Origin: Actinomycetes bacterium
GTDB lineage: Bacteria; Actinomycetota; Thermoleophilia; UBA2241
Assembly: GCA_029547745.1 (NCBI GenBank)
Contig: JAKPOQ010000033.1
Location: 59,129 to 123,128 of the forward strand
Reading direction: 5' to 3'
DNA length: 64,000 bases
Both the position numbers and the translations under genes were made by a program. The notes below the pieces were generated by a model. It saw nothing but the letters and a program-made list of their open reading frames with translations. It was not told where the DNA came from and ran no database searches. Shown piece by piece: positions 1 through 6,972 of the stretch. Positions within the stretch are counted from its first letter, which is position 1. Each line of letters opens with the position of its first letter.

Positions 1-337
1 CGATGGTCGCGCCTTCGACGGCGAAGGGCAGGTCGGTGTCCTTTACCACCGGCTGTGGGGTCCGGGGGATGATCCCCACCTTGCCGCGCGCGGCGACGTC
101 GTCGCGGTAGAAGGAGATGTCGAGGTTGCCGGACTTGTACTCGCGCCCGCCGAACTCGCAGAGCAGGCGATGGACGCGGGCGCCGAGGAAGGCGCCGCGG
201 GTGTGGATGCCCACGACGGCGAGCTCCCTGACGCCGGGGTTCTTCTCGAGGATCTCGTGGGCGATGCGCACCAGCGTGCGCCCCATCTGGTCGGCCGTCA
301 TGACGACGGTCTCGCCCGCAGGTCTGGTCTCAGGCAT
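1..337 (-). CDS. pyrR: Bifunctional pyrimidine operon regulator / uracil phosphoribosyltransferase PyrR (3' end cut off by the window edge)
   Basis: Reverse-strand translation from the ATG at 335-337 reads MPETRPAGETVVMTADQMGRTLVRIAHEILEKNPGV...ISFYRDD, the PyrR N-terminal signature; it is absent from the ORF track because it runs off the window. Confidence 0.85.
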   Translation of the reverse strand, partial: MPETRPAGETVVMTADQMGRTLVRIAHEILEKNPGVRELAVVGIHTRGAFLGARVHRLLCEFGGREYKSGNLDISFYRDDVAARGKVGIIPRTPQPVVKDTDLPFAVEGATI

Positions 338-391
338 AGAAAAACGCCACCGGCACCGGCTCGCGGTACGGCAGCGTCGTCCACCCCCTTT

Positions 392-407
392 CGGTCTCGC
401 TGGACAC
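392..407 (-). promoter_or_regulatory. Candidate PyrR-binding loop (GUGUCCAGCGAGACCG) in the pyrR leader
   Basis: Matches 10 of 12 positions of the PyrR box core UCCNGNGAGGYU; a CCGG/CCGG stem plus UUUUUCU tract follows immediately before the pyrR ATG. Confidence 0.3.
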
Positions 408-550
408 GGTTAAAGGTCGAGACGGACTTTAGCAACCACGGGGCGGCGGGTCAACTGTCGTCGACCCGCCGCCCGGCGCGTGTCCGCGCCCGCCGGGCGG
501 GCATCGCCGTCTCGTCCGGCGCGCCGGAGACGGGGCTTTGGCCGCGGGCC

Positions 551-2185
551 TTACTCGTCGGGGGCGAGGAACGGGTAGCGGTAATCCCTCGGCGGGTCGA
601 ACAGTTCCTTCGTCGCCCGCGGGCTGACCCAGCGCATGAGGTTCCACCTGGAGCCGGCCTTGTCGTTCGTCCCCGAGGCTCGCGAACCACCGAAGGGCTG
701 CTGGCCGACCACAGCACCGGTCGGCTTGTCATTGACGTAGAAGTTGCCCGCGGCGTGGCGCAGGACCTCGGCGGCGTGGACGATCGCCGCCCGGTCGCGC
801 GCGAACACGGCCCCCGTGAGACCGTAGGGCGTCGACGAGTCGACGAGGCGCAACGTCTCGTCCCAGGCATCGTCGTCGTACACGAAAGTCGTCAGCACCG
901 GCCCGAACAGCTCCTCGCGCATGGTGCGGAACGACGGGTCGGACGTCACGAGCACCGTCGGGCGCACGAAGTAGCCGACGCTGTCGTCGCACTGGCCGCC
1001 GACCAGGACCTCGGTGTGTGGGTCGGCCTCGGCGTCGGCGATCGCCTGTCGCTGCGTCGCGAAGCTCGCCGCGTCGATGACCGCGCCCATGAAGTTCGTG
1101 AAGTCGGCGATGTCGCCCATGCGGATGCTCTCGACGTCGGCGACGAGACGCTCGCGCACCCGGGGCCACAGCGAGCGCGGCACGTACAGGCGCGACGCCG
1201 CCGAGCACTTCTGCCCCTGGTATTCGAAGGCGCCACGCACGGCGGCGGTGACGAGCGCGTCGACGTCGGCCGTGGGGTGGGCGACGATGAAGTCCTTGCC
1301 GCCGGTCTCGCCCACGATGCGCGGGTAGTCGGCATAGCGCTCGATGCCGCCGCCCACGGTGCGCCAGATCTCGCGAAAGACGGCCGTCGATCCGGTGAAG
1401 TGGACGCCGCCGAGGCGCGGATGGGCCAGCGCCGGGGCGCCGACCTCGCCTCCCCGGCCGTAGACGAGGTTGACCACGCCCGGCGGCAGGCCGGCCTCCT
1501 CGAGCAGGCGCAGGACGTAGTAGGCGCTCAGCATGCTCGTCGAGGCCGGCTTCCAGACGACGGTGTCGCCCATCATCGCCGGCGCGGTCGGCAGGTTGCC
1601 GGCGATGGACGTGAAGTTGAACGGCGTGACGGCGAAGACGAACCCTTCGAGGGGACGGTAGTCCATGCGGTTCCAAGTCCCGGGGGCCGACACCGGCTGG
1701 TCGGCGTAGATCTGCGTCGCGTAGAACGGGTTGAAGCGCCAGAAGTCGGCGAGTTCGCAAGCCGCGTCGACCTCGGCCTGATGGACCGTCTTCGACTGGC
1801 CGAGCATGGTCGCCGCGTTGACCGTGTGGCGCCAAGGTCCCGACAGCAGGTCGGCGGCGCGCAGGAACACGGCGAGGCGCTCCTCCCATGGCATGCGGCT
1901 CCAGTCGTGCCATGCCTCGCCGGCGGCGGCGATCGCCGCCCCGACCTCCGCCCCGCCGGCGAGGTGGACGTCGGCGAGGACATGGTGGTGGTCGTGTGGC
2001 ATCACGGCGGGCGCCGTGCGGCCGGTGCGCACGTCGCGCCCACCGATCACGCAGGGGACTTCGACACGTTCTGCCGCCATCGCCGCGAGCCGCGCCTTGA
2101 GGGCGGCGCGCTCCGGCGAGCCCGGAGCGTAGCCCAGGACGGGCTCGTTGTGGGGGGAGGGCACAGCCGAGAGGGCATCGCTCAT
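551..2185 (-). CDS. pruA: L-glutamate gamma-semialdehyde (1-pyrroline-5-carboxylate) dehydrogenase
   Basis: The 544 aa ORF has aldehyde dehydrogenase motifs (FTGS, EYQGQKCSA, GTNDKAGS) and the C-terminal YPFL ending typical of PruA/RocA; GAGGAGG Shine-Dalgarno 10 nt upstream of the ATG at 2185. Confidence 0.92.
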   Translation of the reverse strand: MSDALSAVPSPHNEPVLGYAPGSPERAALKARLAAMAAERVEVPCVIGGRDVRTGRTAPAVMPHDHHHVLADVHLAGGAEVGAAIAAAGEAWHDWSRMPWEERLAVFLRAADLLSGPWRHTVNAATMLGQSKTVHQAEVDAACELADFWRFNPFYATQIYADQPVSAPGTWNRMDYRPLEGFVFAVTPFNFTSIAGNLPTAPAMMGDTVVWKPASTSMLSAYYVLRLLEEAGLPPGVVNLVYGRGGEVGAPALAHPRLGGVHFTGSTAVFREIWRTVGGGIERYADYPRIVGETGGKDFIVAHPTADVDALVTAAVRGAFEYQGQKCSAASRLYVPRSLWPRVRERLVADVESIRMGDIADFTNFMGAVIDAASFATQRQAIADAEADPHTEVLVGGQCDDSVGYFVRPTVLVTSDPSFRTMREELFGPVLTTFVYDDDAWDETLRLVDSSTPYGLTGAVFARDRAAIVHAAEVLRHAAGNFYVNDKPTGAVVGQQPFGGSRASGTNDKAGSRWNLMRWVSPRATKELFDPPRDYRYPFLAPDE

Positions 2186-2225
2186 GTCGTCACGCCTCCT
2201 CAGGGGACGTCGGATGCCGGCGAGC

Positions 2226-3194
2226 TTACCGCGCGCCCGACGACGGCGTCGAGCCGCAGGCCGGCCCGGACGGCATGTCGCCGGCAGGCGCCGTCATGCC
2301 GAGCTCGTCCAGGAACCGGACGAGCTCGGCCGGCAACGGCGCCGCGAACGCCAGCGGACGCCCGTCCTCGGGGTGAGGGAAGGCGAGCCGCGCGGCGTGC
2401 AGGAAGTGGCGCTCGAGGCCGGCCGGCCGTGGTTGCCCCCCGTAGGTGACGTCGCCGGCGACGGGAAAGCCGAGGGCGGCCATGTGGACGCGGATCTGGT
2501 GGGTGCGCCCCGTCTCGAGGCGGACCTCGGCGAGCGTGAAGCCCGCGGCCCGCTCGAGGACGCGGAAGTGGGTCACCGCCGGCCGGGCGTGGGCGGTGTG
2601 GACGGACATGCGCTTGCGGTCACGGACGTGCCGTCCGATGGGGGCGTCCACCGTGCCCTCGTCCTGGGGCAGCGACCCACTCAGCAGGGCGAGGTACACC
2701 CGGCTGACCCGACGCCGGGCCATGTCCGCGACCAGGCGGCGGTAGGCGTCCTCGCGGCGGGCGACGACGAGCAGGCCGGAGGTCTCCTTGTCCAGACGGT
2801 GGACGATACCTGGGCGGCGGCCGTGGCCGCCGCCCAGGCCACGGCCCACGAGACCCTGCACGAGGGTGCCGTGCTCGTGGCCCGGCGCGGGGTGGACGAC
2901 GACGCCGGCCGGCTTGTCGACGACGAGGATCCAGTCGTCCTCGTAGACGATGCGCACGGGCACGTCCTCGGCGACGAGCGCGGGAGACTCCTGCGGCGTC
3001 GGCGTCCAGGACACCGTCTCGCCGGCGCGCACGACGTGCCCCTTGCGCGCCGGCCTCCCGTCCACGAGGGCCGCGCCGGCGGCGACGAGGCGCGCCGCGG
3101 CGCTGCGCGCCACTTCGGCGCGCGCGGCGAGGACGACGTCGAGGCGGCGCCCTGCCTCGTCCCTCGTCACGACGAACGACTGGGCCTCAGGCAT
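2226..3194 (-). CDS. rluD: RluA/RluD family 23S rRNA pseudouridine synthase
   Basis: S4-like N-terminus, catalytic HRLDKETSGLLVVAR motif and HQIRVH motif; start chosen at MPEAQ (ATG 3194), which overlaps the lspA stop by 8 nt. Confidence 0.85.
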   Translation of the reverse strand: MPEAQSFVVTRDEAGRRLDVVLAARAEVARSAAARLVAAGAALVDGRPARKGHVVRAGETVSWTPTPQESPALVAEDVPVRIVYEDDWILVVDKPAGVVVHPAPGHEHGTLVQGLVGRGLGGGHGRRPGIVHRLDKETSGLLVVARREDAYRRLVADMARRRVSRVYLALLSGSLPQDEGTVDAPIGRHVRDRKRMSVHTAHARPAVTHFRVLERAAGFTLAEVRLETGRTHQIRVHMAALGFPVAGDVTYGGQPRPAGLERHFLHAARLAFPHPEDGRPLAFAAPLPAELVRFLDELGMTAPAGDMPSGPACGSTPSSGAR

Positions 3195-3660
3195 GTCCCG
3201 CACGGAGCACCGCCCACACCACGAGGGCGACACCGACGACGACGGCGACGTCAGCGAAGTTGAACGTCGGCCACCACGGGACGTCGATGAAGTCGACCAC
3301 GGCGCCGAGGCGCACGCGGTCGATTAGGTTCCCCAGCGCGCCGCCGAGCAGGATCCCCAGCCCGAGACGGTACGCCGGCGGCCCGAGCACGAGGACGGCG
3401 ACGATCGCCGCGGCGAGCACGGCCACGACGACGAGCAGCGCTTCCCCGCCCTGGGCCAGACGCCCGAACGCGACCCCACGGTTCCAGACGAGATGGATGC
3501 CGAACCCCCACCCTACGTCGAAGGGCAGGTCCTCCACGGCGCGCCGCACGAGCCACTTCGAGGCCTGATCGGCGAGCACGACCAGGCCGGCGACGCTCAG
3601 GGCGAGCGCCGTCGTCCGGCCGCTACTTCTTGGCTCTGGGGCGCTTGGGGAGCGTGTCAA
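3187..3660 (-). CDS. lspA: Lipoprotein signal peptidase II
   Basis: 157 aa polytopic membrane protein with the LspA motifs LADQASKW, NRGVAFG, VDFID and FNFADV; apparent TTG start at 3660. Confidence 0.85.
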   Translation of the reverse strand: MTRSPSAPEPRSSGRTTALALSVAGLVVLADQASKWLVRRAVEDLPFDVGWGFGIHLVWNRGVAFGRLAQGGEALLVVVAVLAAAIVAVLVLGPPAYRLGLGILLGGALGNLIDRVRLGAVVDFIDVPWWPTFNFADVAVVVGVALVVWAVLRAGHA

Positions 3661-3790
3661 TCTCTTCGATGTCGGTGTGGCCCATAGGACAGGCGGGTTC
3701 CTTCGCTTTGCCGGTGCGGCCGACGTCCGGGTGGACCACCGCCAAGGGATATGTCGCTCTGCACACCTTGCAATAGGCCAGCTTGGCCAT
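3623..3790 (-). CDS. Hypothetical small zinc-ribbon protein (55 aa)
   Basis: MAKLAYCKVCRATY...ACPMGHTD with a CxxC...CPxGH arrangement, preceded by a strong GAGGAGG Shine-Dalgarno 7 nt upstream of the ATG at 3790; its 3' end overlaps the lspA 5' end by 37 nt in another frame. Confidence 0.4.
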   Translation of the reverse strand: MAKLAYCKVCRATYPLAVVHPDVGRTGKAKEPACPMGHTDIEEIDTLPKRPRAKK

Positions 3791-3818
3791 GAGCGGACCT
3801 CCTCGATGAGACCGGACT

Positions 3819-4097
3819 CTACGACTCGAGCCTCGCGCGCGCGGCGGCCACGTCGACACCGCGCACGTGGACCGTCTTGCGGCGGCCGTGCGCGCCCGCC
3901 CTCAAGTGCACGTCTTCCGCCCGCACGCCCAGCTTGGCGGCCAGCAGGCGCGCGAGCTCGGCGTTCGCCTTCCCCTCGCGCGCCGGCGCCCGGAGACGCA
4001 CGCGGACCCAGCCTTCGGCGACCTCCGTTACCTCGCTCCGCGAGGCTCCGGGGGTCGCCCAGACCGCCAGCGTGACGCCATCCTCCGCCGCCGTCAG
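3819..4097 (-). CDS. yggU: DUF167 (YggU) family protein; no canonical start codon, probable CTG initiation or a frameshifted start
   Basis: Open frame 3819-4127 encodes ...VTLAVWATPGASRSEV...RVRLRAPAREGKANAELARLLAAKLGV...GRRKTVHVRG, the DUF167 signature. The only ATG/GTG/TTG in frame is the GTG at 4001, which would remove the conserved N-terminal strand. A CTG at 4097 with a GGTGAG Shine-Dalgarno-like sequence 7 nt upstream gives a 92 aa product. Confidence 0.5.
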   Translation of the reverse strand: MTAAEDGVTLAVWATPGASRSEVTEVAEGWVRVRLRAPAREGKANAELARLLAAKLGVRAEDVHLRAGAHGRRKTVHVRGVDVAAARARLES

Positions 4098-4104
4098 CGG
4101 CGAC

Positions 4105-4845
4105 TCACCACTTGAACTCGTCTTCGTTCACTCCCGCGTCCACGTCGGCGAGCAGGTCGTCGTCGCCCACCACGAGCCGTCCCGCTCCTGCGTCGCCGGC
4201 ATCGCCCGCGACGGTCGCGAGCCGCGTCGCCTCGTCCTCCTCAGGCGCAGCCGGTTCGGGCTCCGCGGGCGCGGCCGGCTCGGGCTCCGCAGACGGCGCC
4301 GCGCCTGCGGGCACGACCACGGTGTCCTCGCGGGCGATCGCCTCCTTGATGGCGCGGGCGCGGTCGGCGAAATCGTCGACCACCGACGCGTCGGCGACGA
4401 CCACAGGCGCTTCCTCGAGCTGCTTGAGGAAGCTCTGCAACATCGTGCGCAGTCGCAGGCGGAGGTCCTGCTCGACACCGCGCAACGCCTGGATCTGCTT
4501 CTCGAGGTTCTGCCGCTCGGTGTACAGGTCGCTCACCATCTGGCGCGCCTTGAGCTCGGCATCGCGGAGGATGAGCTGCGACTCCTTGGTCGCGTTCGCC
4601 TTGAGCTCCTCGGCCGACTGCTGCGCCGAGACCAGGGTCTTCTGCAGCGTCTCTTCTATGCGCCGGTACTGCCCGACCTTCTCGTCGAGTCCCTCGACAC
4701 GCTCGGTGAGGTCGATGTTCTCCTTGAACAGGCGCTCGAACTCGTCCGCGACGTCGTCGAGGAACTCGTCGACCTCGACGTCGGCGTAACCGCGCATCAC
4801 GCGCTTGAACTCTTTGTGGCGGATGTCGAGTGGCGTCAGCTTCAT
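4105..4845 (-). CDS. divIVA: Cell-division/polar growth protein DivIVA (Wag31-like)
   Basis: N-terminal MKLTPLDIRHKEFKRVMRGYADVEVDEFLD DivIVA domain followed by coiled coil and an Ala/Pro/Glu-rich tail; AGGAGGGG Shine-Dalgarno 8 nt upstream. Confidence 0.88.
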   Translation of the reverse strand: MKLTPLDIRHKEFKRVMRGYADVEVDEFLDDVADEFERLFKENIDLTERVEGLDEKVGQYRRIEETLQKTLVSAQQSAEELKANATKESQLILRDAELKARQMVSDLYTERQNLEKQIQALRGVEQDLRLRLRTMLQSFLKQLEEAPVVVADASVVDDFADRARAIKEAIAREDTVVVPAGAAPSAEPEPAAPAEPEPAAPEEDEATRLATVAGDAGDAGAGRLVVGDDDLLADVDAGVNEDEFKW

Positions 4846-4898
4846 CCCGGACCCCTCCTGGGGCGCCGCCTCGGACGCCCGGACGCTTGCTCCCGGCT

Positions 4899-4947
4899 AC
4901 GCTCACGGACCCCGTCCGAGGCCCGTAACGCTCACGGACCCCGTCCG
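4899..4947. repeat. Perfect 20-bp direct repeat (ACGCTCACGGACCCCGTCCG) x2 with 29-bp period in the sepF-divIVA intergenic region
   Basis: Copies at 4899-4918 and 4928-4947 are identical. Confidence 0.85.
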
Positions 4948-4982
4948 GAGCCCGGTGTGAGGGCCGCCGGCGACCGGCGACC

Positions 4983-5513
4983 CTAGAACTGGTTGAAGAA
5001 GCCCTTCTCGAGGAGACGGGCTCTCTCTTCGGCGGAGACCTCGACGTTGCGCGGCGTGAGCAGGAAGACCTTGTCGGCCACCCGCTGCATCCCCCCGTCC
5101 AATGCGTATGTCAACCCGCTGGAGAAATCGATGAGGCGCTTGGCGAGCTCGGTGTCGGCCCCCTGCAAGTTGAGGATCACCGGCACGTCCACCTTGAACT
5201 TGTCCGCCACCTGCTGGGCGTCGTTGAAGTTCTTGGGGATGACGAGATGGACCTCGACCTTGGTCGCGCGCGCCGCCTCGAGCGGGCGCACGACACGCGA
5301 GGACGGGCGCCGCACCTGCTCGTCGCTGAAGATCTCGTCGTAGTCGGAGCGCCCTCGAGACGCGCTCAGCTTGCGCACGTTCGGACGCTCCTGGTACGAG
5401 CGCTCGAGCTCCTCGTGCGGGGCGAGGGTCTCGTCCTCGTCGTAGACCTCATCCTCCTCGTCGGCGATGCCGAAGTAGACCGCTACCTTGTGCCACGTGT
5501 CGCCGAGCCCCAT
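4983..5513 (-). CDS. sepF: Cell division protein SepF
   Basis: 176 aa; MGLGDTWHKVAVYFG N-terminus and the conserved C-terminal SepF domain (VHLVIPKNFNDAQQVADKFKVDVPVILNL...RVADKVFLLTP); GGAGGG Shine-Dalgarno. Only the C-terminal part of the track's chimeric ORF 4983..5978 is real. Confidence 0.88.
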   Translation of the reverse strand: MGLGDTWHKVAVYFGIADEEDEVYDEDETLAPHEELERSYQERPNVRKLSASRGRSDYDEIFSDEQVRRPSSRVVRPLEAARATKVEVHLVIPKNFNDAQQVADKFKVDVPVILNLQGADTELAKRLIDFSSGLTYALDGGMQRVADKVFLLTPRNVEVSAEERARLLEKGFFNQF

Positions 5514-5532
5514 GGTCCCTCCAAGCAGCCCG

Positions 5533-6234
5533 TCAGAACAGGACGCTTCCCACGCGCACGATGGTGGCGCCCTCCTGGACGGCGACCTCGTAGTCAGCGC
5601 TCGTTCCCATTGACAATCGCCGGAAAGTATACTTGCCGGCCCAATCGGCGGAAAGACGCGCGGCCAGCTCGCGCGTGCGCGCGAAGTACGGCCGCGCCTG
5701 TTCCGCCTCCTCAACCAACGGCGGCATGCACATGAGGCCGCAGAAGCGCACCTTCTCCGCCGCTGCGGTCGCCTCGAGGAAGCGGTCGACCTCTTCCGGC
5801 GCCACCCCCGACTTCGTCTGCTCGCCGCCGATGTTGACTTCGAGAAGGACGTCCCGGGGTCCTGCCGCGCGGCGCTCGATCTCGTCGACGACGCTGAGGC
5901 TGGCGACCGAATGGATGAGACGTACGAGCGGCAGGACGACCTTCGTCTTCCGGCTCTGGAGGTGGCCGATGAAGTCATAGGTGAAGGCGTCGCCCCAGCG
6001 CGCCTGCTTCTCGACGAGGTCCTGCGCCCGGTTCTCGCCGATCAGGCGGATGCCCGCCTCGTGAAGGGCGGCGAGGCCGTCCACGTCCACGTACTTGGTC
6101 GCCACGAGGACCTCGACGTCGGCGGCGCTGCGCCCTGCCGTGCGCGCCGCGGCGGCGACGCGTGCGCACACCTCCGCGAACCGTTCCCTCACCTGTTCGG
6201 CGCTGCCTTCGTACTTCTTCACCTCGACCTCCAC
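5533..6234 (-). CDS. yggS: YggS family pyridoxal-phosphate homeostasis protein
   Basis: 233 aa alanine-racemase-fold PLP protein of the YggS/YlmE type (LIGENRAQDL, HFIGHLQSRK, SMGTSADYEVAV); GTG start at 6234 with an AAGGGAAGG Shine-Dalgarno. Confidence 0.88.
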   Translation of the reverse strand: MEVEVKKYEGSAEQVRERFAEVCARVAAAARTAGRSAADVEVLVATKYVDVDGLAALHEAGIRLIGENRAQDLVEKQARWGDAFTYDFIGHLQSRKTKVVLPLVRLIHSVASLSVVDEIERRAAGPRDVLLEVNIGGEQTKSGVAPEEVDRFLEATAAAEKVRFCGLMCMPPLVEEAEQARPYFARTRELAARLSADWAGKYTFRRLSMGTSADYEVAVQEGATIVRVGSVLF

Positions 6235-6275
6235 GCCCTTCCCTTGCTGCCTCGACCTCCACGCCCTTCCCTTGC
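6222..6275. repeat. Perfect 26-bp tandem duplication (28-bp period) that duplicates the yggS Shine-Dalgarno, GTG start and first four codons
   Basis: CCTCGACCTCCACGCCCTTCCCTTGC occurs at 6222-6247 and again at 6250-6275. Confidence 0.85.
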
Positions 6276-6339
6276 CGATCCTCTCGCGCCACGCGACCTG
6301 TCTTGGGGCATCCGTCGACCGGCGTCTCGCAGGAGCAGT

Positions 6340-6972
6340 CTACGGCAACATGCCCCACGCCCAGCGGAGCACCGCCCCGAAGGTCGCTTCGAAGACGCTC
6401 GGCACGGCGATGAGGACGACGATCAGGACGAGGAAGACCACATCGCCGTACCGGTCGAGACTCATCCACTTGATCCAGAGGCGCCGCGGAAGGAGCCCGC
6501 CGACGATGCGCGAGCCGTCCAGGGGAGGCACCGGCAAGAGGTTCAGCAAGCCGAGGACGAGGTTCAGCGAGAACGTGAGCGCGAACATCTGGGCGAGCAG
6601 CGGCACGGGCCCGTACGTGAGCCAGACGCCGGCGACCGAGGCCAGCGCCAGGCCGGCGTTGGCCGCGGGCCCGGCCGCGCCGACGACCATCATGCCGCGC
6701 TGAGGGTCCCGGAAGCGCCAGGGCGAGACCGGGACCGGGCGCGCCCAGCCCAGGAGGAACTGGCCGCCCGAGCCCAGGAACGACACCACGAGCATGATCG
6801 TCCCCAGCGCGTCCAGATGGCGCAAGGGGTTCCACGACAGCCGTCCCTGCTCACGCGCCGTCCCGTCTCCCATGCGCGCCGCCGCCCAGCCGTGGGCGAG
6901 CTCGTGCAGGACCAGGCTGACGAGAAGGATGGGCAGGACGATGATGAAGGCGACGAGGAGGTCGCCGCTCAT
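6340..6972 (-). CDS. Site-2 protease family (M50) membrane zinc metalloprotease
   Basis: 210 aa multi-TM protein with the HELAHG zinc motif and a downstream LDG motif; ATGA overlap with the upstream gene. Confidence 0.8.
   Translation of the reverse strand: MSGDLLVAFIIVLPILLVSLVLHELAHGWAAARMGDGTAREQGRLSWNPLRHLDALGTIMLVVSFLGSGGQFLLGWARPVPVSPWRFRDPQRGMMVVGAAGPAANAGLALASVAGVWLTYGPVPLLAQMFALTFSLNLVLGLLNLLPVPPLDGSRIVGGLLPRRLWIKWMSLDRYGDVVFLVLIVVLIAVPSVFEATFGAVLRWAWGMLP

Noticed and set aside
170-2449. 759 aa plus-strand ORF, and similar long plus-strand ORFs (3877..4986, 7044..9992, 9992..11947, 21568..23244, 24026..25477, 51840..53102, 55695..57365, 59220..61916)
   Set aside because: They lie antisense to strongly supported minus-strand genes. 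Their compositions are Arg/Ala/Gly/Pro-rich with no recognisable domains, which is typical of spurious open frames in roughly 70% GC DNA.
4983-5978. 331 aa minus-strand ORF spanning the sepF-yggS region
   Set aside because: It is a chimeric open frame. Only the C-terminal 176 aa (sepF, from ATG 5513) is coding; the upstream part overlaps yggS out of frame and is Ser/Arg-rich junk.
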